64,000 nucleotides of DNA from Phoronis australis. Taxonomy: Eukaryota; Animalia; Phoronida. The stretch is from contig NMRA01000006.1 of NCBI GenBank assembly GCA_002633005.1, positions 2,131,818 to 2,195,817 of the forward strand, in the 5' to 3' direction. This document shows, piece by piece, positions 1 through 12,052 of this stretch (position 1 is the stretch's first letter; each line of letters begins with the position of its first letter). Both the position numbers and the translations under genes were made by a program. The notes beneath the pieces were generated by a model. That model saw only the letters and a program-made list of their open reading frames with translations. It searched no databases and had not been told where the DNA came from.

Positions 1-58
1 CTGTCTGTTGATGTTTGGTTTAATCTGTTTTTCACGTGATGTCTCTTGTCTGTTTTAG

Positions 59-3000
59 CCACTGAGTACCATTTAGGCTTACTGAAGGCCAAACTAGCCA
101 AGTATCGGGCGCAACTCATGGAGCCGACTGGCAAGGCTGGTGCAAAGGTATTCAAGTTTTAATCATCCTTGACTTGAATTTCACATGATATCAGAAGTAC
201 GCTGTGATTTCTCTGGTTTTCCTACTATAGCTAATTTTATTCCTGGTCACATGATGTTACTTAAGGAGTAATAAACCTACTTTTCCGTCCGAGAAGCAAA
301 CTTTTTGTATAGACCGCTTACCGTTAAAAAAATGTCTCGACTTGCTCCTTACTCGGATGAGGAATGATTTATGGGTTTGCAAAGAACTGACGGTTTGTTG
401 TTTCTTAAGACCACGCTCGGCACATGACACGCTGTCCTGAGCTAATTTCATAGAGCCTCAGCTTGAGCAATAACTAAATAACTAACTGCCTGTTCTTTCA
501 AAGCTCTGAAATCACATTCAAAACGACTAGAGGACCAGATTGAGACCAATTTCATAACGTGTTGGTCTAATTGAAGAGTTGGTCTGTGTGATGGAATGTA
601 GGTTTATTGCTACTTTAAAGAAGCAATAAACTAAGCAATTGTCAAACAAACGAGTTGTTTTAAGGCATTTACCGTTATGATGTCGGTAGTGCATTGTTAA
701 TTATTCGAATCAGAAAAGGTTTTAGAAGATCTTACAGCTGGCTATTGCTTCACACCAGGCTGGTGAAGGTTGTTAGTCACGACGGGTTAATGTCATCTGC
801 CAAGGCAGTAGGGACATGCATTTCAAATCAAACAAAGGGATAAGTATATGATGACGTTGCTTTGGATGAGAAAATACGTTGGAGAAGAAAGTCGTTTTTG
901 AGTATAGTTTTAAACGGCTTTAAAATTGTGTCTAGTGAAAACCTAGTTTGAAGTTTTTGCTAAATGTCAAAGGGAAATTGAAATCTTTGGAATATATTTT
1001 CTGCTGGCAACAATCAACACACTTCAAGTGAAGATATTTTATTCTTTTTCTTAAGAGTTTTGGATTCAATTGTACCACAATTGTCTGGGTTAATAGCCTG
1101 GGCATTTAAACTTGGAAAATAGTGTGTTGATTTGCATTTGAAAAGGAAATTTTTGGAAAGTCAGCGCTTACCTGAAGTGGCAGTATAGCTTAACGACCAA
1201 GGAGTTGCTATGATGTACAAACTGTTTCACTTGCAACAACTAATTAACTCTGCTGCTTGCAAGTCGCAGACAAGCAAATTGAACTGGTTTTTGGAGCTGA
1301 AATGAATATTCACAATAATTTGGTGCTTAAGAAACTAGAACTCTCGGCCACGTGAATTAAGGGTGGGCTTATAACTAATAATGTGCGTTTACAGGTGAAA
1401 ATTTGGAAAATTAGCGAGTGGCAGTTTTGCCGAAAGTTATCTGAACATGGGTGTTGATAGTTGAATCAGATGAATTGTGATACTAAAAATTGGCGTTTTG
1501 TTTACATTTGTGTAATCTCAAAGTTAATTCACCAAACTTGTGCTTTGTTGTGTAAAAGGAAACAAAATCCAGTGTCAGAAAATTGTTAGAAATTGTGTGT
1601 GAGTGACTACTGGATTTGCTTTTTAATCATGATTTGAATTGATGGAGCTAACATTGTTTTTTCAGGGTGAAGGATTTGATGTTATGAAGTCTGGTGATGC
1701 CCGTGTGGCCCTGATAGGATTTCCATCTGTTGGAAAGGTTAGAGCAATTAAAAAATGAGTGATTGTTTTAATTTTGTCTATATTTTAAAACATTACTGAA
1801 CTCTTGCATAAAAATTCTATACCACTGATGCAAAAATAATTAAAAACAATTAATTCATTATTGTATGATCGACAAGCCAAAATATTTGAAATGCTAGTGT
1901 TGTGTCATGTTGCAAGGTGTTTTTAAACACCTTAACTTAAAGATTGTTTAAACTCGCTGGTAAGTGTTAATGAGACCTTGCTTCTTTGCGGTTGTACAGG
2001 ACTGTGTCCAGATGTAGACATCTGTTCCTCCAATTTTTGCAGCGCTATTCATTGTTTTTGGTATTAAAGCGGCATGTTGTATCCTTTTTCAGTCGACCCT
2101 ACTGAACACAGTGACGGAGACCCACAGTGAGTCGGCGTCCTATGAATTCACCACTCTCACCTGTATACCAGGTGTGATTAATGTAAGTATGCCCGGGGTT
2201 GGCAATAGTCCTGCTCTATTAACTTGAGCTAGTTTCTTGGAAAGTTTCATGCTCAATAACAATAATATGACATCACAACATTACATGGCACGCCACAATG
2301 TAAAGCAATGCTGTTGACATAGTGGCAGTGATCTAGTGTTGGAGGGGTAATAATCTTCGTGCCTTCTGTTAAAAACAAATTGTAATTTAGGCCACTACCT
2401 GCTTTACAGCCGCTCTCATGTCGTTTCTTGCTCAGATTGAAAATGGTTTTCGTGATTGTAAAGAAGAAGCTGGTCGTTAATGCTTTACACCAGGTCCAAT
2501 AAGTTGCTCGTCACGGCGTCCTACTTTCAGTCGCCAAGGCAGAATAACCGACAAAGGAACTTCAGGCGATTTATTCTTGCCAATTTCAATTCAAACAAAG
2601 GATCAGTACGCAATGATGTTGCTTAAGTAGAGCAGACACGCCTTTGAAGAAAGATGGTGTTTTTAACACCAGGTCATGGTTTGTAATGACTTTAAATTTT
2701 GATGTTTCGTCAAAGGGTCTGTGTGGTCATGTTCATGTGGACGAACTAAGTTTTATAGGAATGCTGTAACTTCAGTTGTAAGCCCACTGCTCTGTCGAAA
2801 GGTAATTTTGGACTACGTATGTTTAGATGATTGGCTTCTGAAATGTTCTTCAGTTATATTCGTGCAGGTTTGGATACCTGAGATTTGATTCAGGTGTCCA
2901 TGAAAGCAAATACAATTCCGTTTCATATTTAAAAAAGAATACGTTTTTATGATTTTCTGTTGTTTTGTTGCACTATGTATTAATATATTCCAGTATAACT

Positions 3001-6000
3001 TAATATATTCCAGTATAACGGTGCTAACATACAGCTTCTGGATCTTCCCGGAATCATTGAGGGAGCTGCTCAAGGTATGATTGTACGCCATGTTGTAACA
3101 GTAATTTGGCACTTTGTACATTGACACAGAACAGAATGCTCTGTATCTGCTCTCGTTTAAACAGCTGACTCAAAAAGTTTGGTAAGTGGAAGAGTTGTGT
3201 TGGTAGCGGCTTCGCATGTGTGCGTTATCACAAAGCAATCTCCTAATTCTCACTATCATTCGGAATTAAACTCTCTGCTGTTGTGGAGGTGAGAAAATGT
3301 TAAGTTTGTTTGGTTGACCTAGTTTTCAAACGGTAGGGACAGTAAGAAACTTTTGAGGTGAGCGAGACAAGCAAAGAATGATTTATGGCACAGCACTTGG
3401 CTTTTCAAATGTCTGCATTGCAAATTACTACGCAACTGTAAGACTTTATTGGCATTTTAAAACAGTGATAAACATGGCACGAGTGTTTTAACTCGGCAGT
3501 CAAGTGCCTTACTGATGTGCAGCATTATGGGTAAACTCTGCACAATCACAGAGGGCGCTGGAGTATTTCAGGATGTGGCTGTTGAAATGTATGGTGTGTG
3601 CGTGTCCACGTATGTACGTGTGTGTGGTTGAGATGATAGCTTTCTGCTTCATAAACAGTTGCAGGCTATCCGAACAACATGGCTGCGCATACATAGGCAG
3701 TTTCTTCCCTATAAATACGGCTCACAGGCGTGATAAACTCATTTCACACTGCCAAACACGGTGTCGTACTTGCATTTGACCTTTAACTTGTGAGTTGATG
3801 TCAGCTGAGTTTATTGCCGAGGTCTGAGCCCCCTTTGGTTAATTTGTTATCGTATGAAATTAAAGAACTTGCTATTGTAGTCCACTCATTCTGACCTCTA
3901 CATTGACTCCCCTGTTATTTACTTACTAGTGCATTTCGTCCTCTTTCACACATAGGTAAGGGTCGTGGTCGACAGGTAATAGCTGTAGCCAGAACGGCGG
4001 ACCTGGTCATCATCATGCTGGATGCAACTAAGGGATATGAGCAGAGGTTTGTAATTGTTTTGTTGTCATTGATTGTTGTATTCAGTTGTTTTGTCTTTGT
4101 TGTTTGCTGTAACATGCTGGTTTTGTTGTCTAGTGGTAATCCCAATTACATGTGAAAATGATTAAAAATTAAGTGCCTTCAGTTAAGGCCAAAAAAGTTG
4201 CTCCCACTGACTAAAAAGCACCCGACTGCATCAGTGTTGGCCACGGTTCTGTGTCTTTTGTGATAAACTGTACAAAGCAGGTAGGCAAGAGTAAGTTTTG
4301 AAGCGCCATGATTTACCAAGCGATGAGTAAAAAATTCCGCATCATTTTTGTTCGTCTAGTGGATTTTCTGTTTTGAATAAGTCTGCAACTAAAAAAATGT
4401 CTCTCCGCCGACTCGATTTTCAATCAAAAATCAGATCCAGCGGTGCTGTTTGACCTAATCAAGAATTAGCTTGAAAGTACATAGATTGAATGAATTTGTT
4501 TTTTTTTGCGCCGAGGCAGTGGCGAGACATACAGAAATTCAGTGAGCAGAAGTAATTTGAGGAAATACGTTTGTATCTTCATTCTTTGTGTTATTTCAGT
4601 TCATAACGTTTTCAAATATTTTGTCTCGCGTAACTTCTTTTTATGGCATCTTCTGGTGAGAATGCGTCTGACCTTTGTGATAACAATTTTCTGCTCAAAC
4701 TGCGCGATAAAGAATAGCAGTGCCATTCTCGCATATTGAAAATTTACAATTCCAGAATGCTTCTGGAAAAAGAGTTGGAATCGGTTGGAATAAGGTTGAA
4801 TAAAAAGAAACCCAACATTTATTTTAAGGTAAGGCTGTCGAATTAAATTTTGCTTTTTAGTGCGTGAAATTTGACTTGGATTTGGTTTTGTTTTCTTAAT
4901 ATAATTTTACACCCCGTAATTTGCATTGAAGCGGCGTTGTAACATATGACAACAATCAGTTGCAAGGGTCTCAGTTTGATATCTGTTATTCAGTGGAGAC
5001 TTCTGCTCTCAAAGTGCGGGACCCCTGTATGTGACTATAACAGGTGAAACTGTTAAAAGCATCGACGTCTCACTTCGGAAACAATTTTTGGACAACTGAT
5101 ATCAGCCAGGCTGCACTGATTTGTAAAGTATCAGAATAAATTAATTAATATGTGAGAAAATCTCACTCAGCGTATAAAATTTACCAGTGACATCCTAAAC
5201 AATTTTGTTTAGCAGTGAAACTCCCATGGAAAAAACGTGTGCTTCCCAAGTAGTTTTTAGTTCCACACACTGAGTTTGGTTAGTCATGTGATTGGTAATG
5301 TCGTTATGTCCATTATTTATCAATCACAAGTTTACGTTTGCACTTTCTAAATTGTGACGCATGCATCTAATGCTCAAGCACTAGAGCTTCTTACATTTTC
5401 AGTATACTTTGTTCTCATCTTTATTAATTCTAGTCACATTTCAGACTTTAAGTGTGTTTGGATTTTAAATATCTTTAATTTCTGTCACTTGCCAAGTGAT
5501 CCTTCGTGGTACAATACTTTGTGTGCGAGATTCCTGTCTGCAATGTGGGCTCAAATCATAGCCGAGGCTTGTTTTTTCTATTGTTGCCAAAAGGCAATGT
5601 TCTTTTTAACCGCAGCTCTAGTTTGATTAAGGACCATTTCAAATACTACTAGTTTCTTTGTTTCAGCTGAAAAAAGGAGGTGGATTATCTTTCAACTCGA
5701 CCCTGCCACTCACAAAATGTAACGAGAAACTCGTTCAAATGATCCTGCATGAGTATAGTATCCTTGAGTGATAAGAGTATCAATACTGCTATTCATCAGA
5801 ACTTGCAAAATTGTCTCCAGGTCATAGGCTTTTTATATGCTCACATATACACGTGGTGCACATGGCTGTCATTTCTGTTTAGGTAGCTTTCTGGCAAGCT
5901 TCCCAAATTCTGTGAAGGAGCTTCATAAAGTATGCCACATGTTCCTCTAAAATGATAACTGCGGATGTGCCACTAGGAATGCATGCGCAAAGGACTTTAA

Positions 6001-6887
6001 GGAAGGGGCAGTGTAATAGACAGATGAAGATAGAAAAAGGGCAGTAGTGTAACTCCTGGCACTACTGTCACAGTCATTGTTTGCTATCGTGTTCAGATTT
6101 GAAAGTAGTACTTAACCCGTATCCAGAATATTTTAACGCTGAGGTTCTATTTCGAGAAGATTGCTCAGCAGATGAGTTGATAGATGTCATCCAAGGAAAT
6201 CGTGTATATCTACCATGTCTTTATGTAAGTATAGACTCCACGGTGGGATGGAAAGATAGTTGTAGATGTCAAAAAATCCGTGTATTAATTTCACCTTTAA
6301 ACAATCTGTTGGCAAATCTGTGATCGAGACAACCTTACCCGTCAATGGATTTAAAAACTAATTTGGTTATGGTCTCTATAACAGGAAAGTTAGAGGATTT
6401 TAAATGAGTTTTAGTCCACATGGACATTTCTATTTGACATTTGAAAGCCTTCTCAATGAGTGATTGACTTGAATGTAATCAGTACACCACTTCTTGTAGT
6501 GTATGCGATCTCTAAGGCCTTCTGAAATGTGAAGCATGAAATGTGAAGCATTGGGTATGGTCTGCATTGAGTTTTATTTAGTTTTCATTTGTGTTACAGG
6601 TATATAATAAAATAGATCAGATATCTATCGAGGAAGTGGACAAGTTGGCGCGCCAGCCACACTCGGTTGTGATCAGGTAATGAGATGGTCAAGAATATAT
6701 TTCGTTCATGTCCATGTTTCGTTCTATCAAAAGGAGTATGCAGTCATTCATTTGTGCATTCATGTGTACACGAGCATTGATACCAACGCAGTACACCTAC
6801 ACTTTCAGTGTACCGCCATTACTCTTTGACTGAAATACTGTGTGAAGTGGACTCGGGGATTTTGTGTGAGCAAGTGATATCTGTCTC

Positions 6888-6919
<32 letters not shown>

Positions 6920-9387
6920 TGATAATGATAATGAGAATAATCATTATTTATAGAGGATAAAATACAATAGATATAAAACATGCTTTAGCCAAAGGCTAAT
7001 ATAGAGCATGGTCCTCTACAGCAAAAATTAATTCAAACAAATTAAGATAGATTAATAGATTAAATAAGTTGTATTAAATTAAACAGTATTTACAAATTGG
7101 ATTTACAGACTGAATTAAAAATAAATAAATAAAAACTTTTATATGGTATATATATTTATATTTCAACATCAACGTCGCATATCACATCTGACGCAGCCAA
7201 GTCAAGTTATTTTTTGAAATTCATACTGGTACGGGAATTGGGGATAGTTAGGCCTATAAAAGATCTTTAACCCAGCCGCAGAGCGTCGAAAGCCGCGCAC
7301 CGTACCAGTGACTGCTGGCAACTCACCGGGACTCAACTTTAACATCTTTCGCCGCAGAGATAACAACTCTTGGGCTGTCTCCGGTGAGTCCATTCTTTGT
7401 TGAATGATGTTTAGATAAATTAAAAAAAATTGGAGTGACAAAATGGAAGGACAGCTATGATTGACCACAGGTAACTAAATGACATAGTCAACGAACTAGA
7501 ACAATTGACTTGTGTTAGTAAAAAATGTTTTGCTAATTTTGTCTTTGCAGTTGTAACATGAAGCTGAATATGGATTATTTGATTCACAAAATCTGGGAGG
7601 AACTGGCCTTAATCATCGTCTATACTAAGAAGCGTGGTGAACACCCCGATCTCGAAAATGGACTCATCCTGCGTTCTAACTGTACAGTGGAGCATGTGGT
7701 TAGTGACGACTCAAACTTTGTGTTACAAATCTTTCAGTGATATCCAATAAGTTTTCTTCAAGGATTTTCCGAATGCATTAACTATCCTTTCATAATACTG
7801 TTGCACTTGTCCGGGTCAGTGCTAAGGGGCCCGTTCCAAGAAACTGACTTAAGTTCATTTTTAACTTAAGTCTAAGATTTGTCTCAACTTCCAAACTTTG
7901 AAACTTTCAAACAAAGTAAGCTTAGTAAAAATTAAGAAAAAACTGAACCTAGAAACTTTCTTGAAATGGGCGCGACAATAAGTTTTATCTTAAAATTGGT
8001 TGAAATTTGTGATTTGTCTTAGCTTGTCAGTTTTCTTGGAATGGACCCCAGGGCTCTTAAATTAGGGATCTCAATGATCAGGCAGTGAGCGCTTAACTAA
8101 GCGTGGGGGGTTAATACCAAATTTTTGAAAATTCGGGGGTGGGGAATGTTAACCTGAACGGTTGATTCCAGTAAACGTGGTGAACTCGCATGCAAAAGTC
8201 ATGTAAAACACTGTAGGAGTCTATGTACATGTGTTTTCTGCCCAAATAAGATGTGGTAATACTGTAACTCTTTGATTGTTTTTTACTCTAAGGTAAGCGA
8301 GTTTTGTATGGTTTGGGTCCTGAAATTCCAGTGAGGTGTGTGTCTTCAATGACATGGATGCTTTTCAAGGAAGTTTTGATCGAATAAATCAGTGGTTGGA
8401 CGAACCTGGGTGTTAATAAATTAAAATTTTGCGAATTTTTGAGCTGGAAATTTAGCAGAACTTGGGCGTTAACCTGGACAAGTACAATATATCGTGGGGG
8501 TAAGCAACCAAACAGGTATTACTTGCAGCTTCAGGGGAGGTGAGAACGAATAGTTTCCCCAACAATCTGGAATTCATTGCTCTATCCTCCACTTTGAGAT
8601 TTGATGGTGAGCAGATAACTTGACAAGGGGGGGGGGGNTTGTGGGTAGTGTTGACAGAAGACGGTCAAACTAATGTAATAAAAACTGAAGGTGGGATTTA
8701 AATTTTTAATTTGGGGATCCGTAGTTTTTCTGGCATAGCTGTTTACCTATGTGCTTATTGCACAATACACGCCTTAAGTATTGAGAAAATATAACCCATA
8801 GTCACTTATTGTCAATTTTCTTTTGGTATCCAGAATAAAGTTATAGCGAAGGTGACCTAGTCATTCTGAGAATTTAGCCCCTGTAATAGTTATTATCAGT
8901 CATTTTTGTGGTATTGCGTGTTGTTAGATTGTCTTAAGGAAATCCTGGCTTTACTAATGGTATGTTTTTGTTTTAGTGTCATGTTGTTCACAGAACGTTA
9001 GTCGAACAATTCAAGTATGCACTGGTATGGGTAAGTATATTTTCATTTAATTCTTTAGTACTCGGAAGAAATTTCATGTGAAGCGCTAAGAGTGTAGTTG
9101 GCAAAGCCACATCACCTTATTGACTCATTATGATAGTAATCTGTTGCATGGGAATACCACCAGATGGAGTATTCAAAGCTGTAAATTTTGTAAGTGTATG
9201 GTTAATTTTAAAAAGTGTTCCGATTAATTAATTTGGACTGGTATTTGTGGTAGTTCTTATTTAGGTATTTGCAATAACACTAAATTTTACCATTTTCCAG
9301 GGACGAAGTACAAAGTTCAACCCACAGAGGGTCGGTCTGACACATGCCATGTCTCACGAAGATGTTATTCAGATCGTCAAGAAATGA
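59..9387 (+). CDS. DRG2: Developmentally regulated GTP-binding protein 2 (OBG-family GTPase); 5'-partial, 12 exons in window
   Basis: GT-AG exons read by hand: 59-147, 1666-1737, 2093-2182, 3014-3074, 3956-4046, 4756-4828, 5667-5757, 6127-6224, 6600-6676, 7551-7698, 8977-9030, 9301-9387 (TGA at 9385-9387). Translation includes [29 protein letters not shown] (G1), YEFTTL (G2), DLPG (G3), YNKID (G4) and the TGS-domain end [10 protein letters not shown]. These match DRG2 rather than DRG1. All phases are compatible. Confidence 0.96.
265..614. mobile_element. MITE with TTAA flanks
   Basis: TTAA-GGAGTAATAAACCTAC ... GTAGGTTTATTGCTACT-TTAA imperfect TIRs. Confidence 0.55.
5758..6126 (+). other. U12-type (minor spliceosome) GT-AG intron in DRG2
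   Basis: 5' end GTATCCTTG matches the U12 donor consensus RTATCCTT. Branch-site-like TACTTAAC at 6109-6116 lies ~10 nt before the acceptor CAG (6124-6126), with no polypyrimidine tract. The intron splits HEY-K-YFNAEV. Confidence 0.88.
6888..6945. repeat. (AAT/GAT)n microsatellite, possibly a non-LTR retroelement tail
   Basis: ATAATAATGATAATGATAAT run followed by TAGAGGA...TCCTCTA inverted ends. Confidence 0.55.
7826..8049. mobile_element. PIF/Harbinger-like MITE
   Basis: TIRs GGGGCCCGTTCCAAGAAACTGAC / GTCAGTTTTCTTGGAATGGACCCC. Confidence 0.6.
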
Positions 9388-10108
9388 AAATTGTGCTTAC
9401 ATGTGTGGAAACTGATTATACTGCGGACACATTACATGCATAAGCAGTTACCCTTATTCTTAAGCGTATTATTTTGATGAAGAACATGTTGACAGCTAAC
9501 AAATGGAAACTCATTTTTAGAACGTCCAAAGTCGTCTTAACGCTTTGATGAAATGAGTTAGAGACAGGCAACTGTGGAAAAAGTCTGGTCACCGCTCATA
9601 AGGATCTTCTTGAGATTGTACAATTGTTAGTTGGTTCCCACACATGCTTTCTAATACCATTTGACACACCTAAAAATGGGAGTTTCTAATCTGGTTGCAG
9701 ATTGTTTAATAGAAGATGTATAACTTCGCAACATCTTGCGTACTCTCGCTTCATGGTCCTTTTCCTTCTGGTTAGTTCTAACCTTTACACGGGCACCACA
9801 AGTCGTTGTGAAGGCATTAGCAGCCAGCAGGTTGTCTGGCTGACATTTACTAACAGCTCAAAATATAATTTCCGCATCGTAGCGGCTAATCATGTCAGCG
9901 GCATAAATGACTATTATAGTAAAAAATTAGAGTGGCTTGAGCGCCTTTCGAATTTTCTTGTTAATTTGCCTTCATTGTCAGTCAGGAGGGAAGGTTACTC
10001 ATAGAATTTAGCTACCGCCCAGCAGTCATGGCGGGAAATTCCGGGTCACTTTGACCAGGTGGTTTTATTATGTACTCTAGCTATGTCTTAAGTGACACTT
10101 GAAAATGG

Positions 10109-10960
10109 TTTTATGCGCCCACATATTTATATGTGGACGCATTATGCCGTTATCTCCATCCGTCTGGCGCCCGCTGCTCTATCTCGAAAAGCCTTTGACT
10201 AAAGTTCATGAAATTTGTCACATATGTTCCGTTCATGAATGGGACGGCATGAGCGAACTTTCGAACGGATCTGACTACCGGTGTGCCCCCTAGTGGCATT
10301 TTTAGTTTTTTTACGCTTACCTTTGTATCTTCAAAAGTCCTGAACGAATTTTCATGAAATTCGGTATGTAGGCACCTATTAGTGAGATGACCCCTCCATC
10401 AACCAAACCGCTTAAAGGATGATTGTGAAAATTGACATGTATGTGCTTACTATGAAGAGGACGGTTGACGATGATTTTTCGATTTCGACTACTGTGGCGC
10501 CTCCTAGTGGCAATTTTCTTTTTTTGCAACTATGGCTGTATCTCCTATTACTGTTTGCAGGATCTTTACTTAATTTAGCAAGTGTATTTTTATGATGTCA
10601 ACTACGGATGACGACTTTCGGACAGATCTGACTACTGCTGTGCCCCCTAGTTGCAATTTTAATTTTTACGTTCAACTCAGTATCTTCAAAGGTCCTCAAC
10701 AGATTTTTCATAAAATTTTAAATATAGGCATCTATAGGTGTGATGACACTATCTTCCTGTTTTTGGATGGACTTTAGGTATTTTGCACCACCTAGTGACC
10801 TCTTTTTGGTGTCCACCCCTATTATCAACCAAATCATTTGGAAATTGACATGTTCTCAGTGTGAAGGTAACAACAGACGACTTCCAGGTGGATCCAACGG
10901 ACACTGCCCACTAGTTTTTGCAGACATTGAAATTCAGACGGAGTTCACGTGTAGTATTGA
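10109..10960 (+). mobile_element. Second copy of the Helentron/HINE-like element
   Basis: Starts TTTTATGCGCCCACATAT...ATGTGGACGCAT (hairpin), followed by units containing GCCCCCTAGTGG-like motifs. The right boundary is approximate. Confidence 0.6.
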
Positions 10961-11026
10961 AAACGTAAACAAGAAGCATCATGACCCACCTATGTAAGAG
11001 TTTACCTCTACTTTGTTACAATGGAC

Positions 11027-11032
11027 AATAAA
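11027..11032 (+). terminator. Putative polyadenylation signal of DRG2
   Basis: First canonical AATAAA I found after the DRG2 stop; others lie near 11121 and 11303. Confidence 0.3.
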
Positions 11033-11358
11033 AATCAATTATATGGTTTGAGGTCTTTGCCATCATGTTTGGATCTGTTGCTTAAATAATGCAATCATTG
11101 CCAACCGTTTTATCATTGTAAATAAATTTCATTAAAGGTGGCGAAGAACTCAAGGAAATTTGTTTTCCCTTCCTGCAGCTTTGCCAAGGTTAATCATTAG
11201 CCAGGTGTGGATTGGTTCAATTTACATTTTGGCAGTCATACTAGGCGAAAGGCAAACCGCTGCTCAGTTGTTACTACAGTACAAATACTACCAAGTGTTC
11301 AAAATAAAACAATCGGTTAAGTAGAAGAGGCCTAGGACAAGGTCCTATGTACCCTCAA

Positions 11359-11364
11359 TTTATT
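11359..11364 (-). terminator. Putative polyadenylation signal of GW182
   Basis: First minus-strand AATAAA I found after the stop at 12053, giving a 3'UTR of ~700 nt. Confidence 0.45.
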
Positions 11365-12052
11365 ATATCACCATTAGCCAATACAGCTCATCAGTATAGC
11401 TGCACCACACAAGACACACAATACTGACACCTAGTGGTGTCTACAGTGTTGACATATCAGTAACTCCTATAGATTCTAGAATTCAGTGCAAGAGTCCGTT
11501 TTCTCTCAAAAGTCCATCAACACTAGATAAGTCTTGGATATTTTTAGTGCCTCTTGCAGTGAATGCACAACCCATTAGGCCATGGAACAAACAAATGACC
11601 AGATTATTCATTTGGTTAAAAAACATTAAGCACAAAAATGTCGTCATTATCGTCTTCAAATACAAAGAGCACAGAAAACCCTGATGGACGTGGGAGACAT
11701 TATTCATCATCGGAGTGGCAAAGAACGTTTTTCTTATTAAGCAAATCACTAGCATGAAAGACACTGGTTTACTACAATAATAAATTCTCTTCAATAAAAT
11801 GTGCTATTAGCTTCCTAGAAACGTTTAGCACCACAATAAGGTTCGTAGCATTTTCGAGAATATTTTTTTGGTGTTCTTTGCACTCGGAATGCAATATCTC
11901 CAGAATAACACAGACAGACCTATCAAATACTGTTCCCACATAACAGGGTGATTAAAATGCAAGGAGAGATCATCAAAGTTAAGATAATGTTTTTACATGC
12001 CTCAGCTGCGCACCGACACCATAGGATGCATGGGCAGCTCTACACGGCTGGT

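Noticed and set aside
700-2670. Two similar segments in DRG2 introns (~710-900 and ~2435-2665), considered as intronic snoRNAs
   Set aside because: No clear C/D or H/ACA box arrangement; more consistent with diverged copies of an interspersed repeat.
3954-3961. AG|GTAAGG at the start of a DRG2 exon, resembling a recursive splice site
   Set aside because: Explained by the conserved G-K-G codons; the flanking introns are short and there is no other support.
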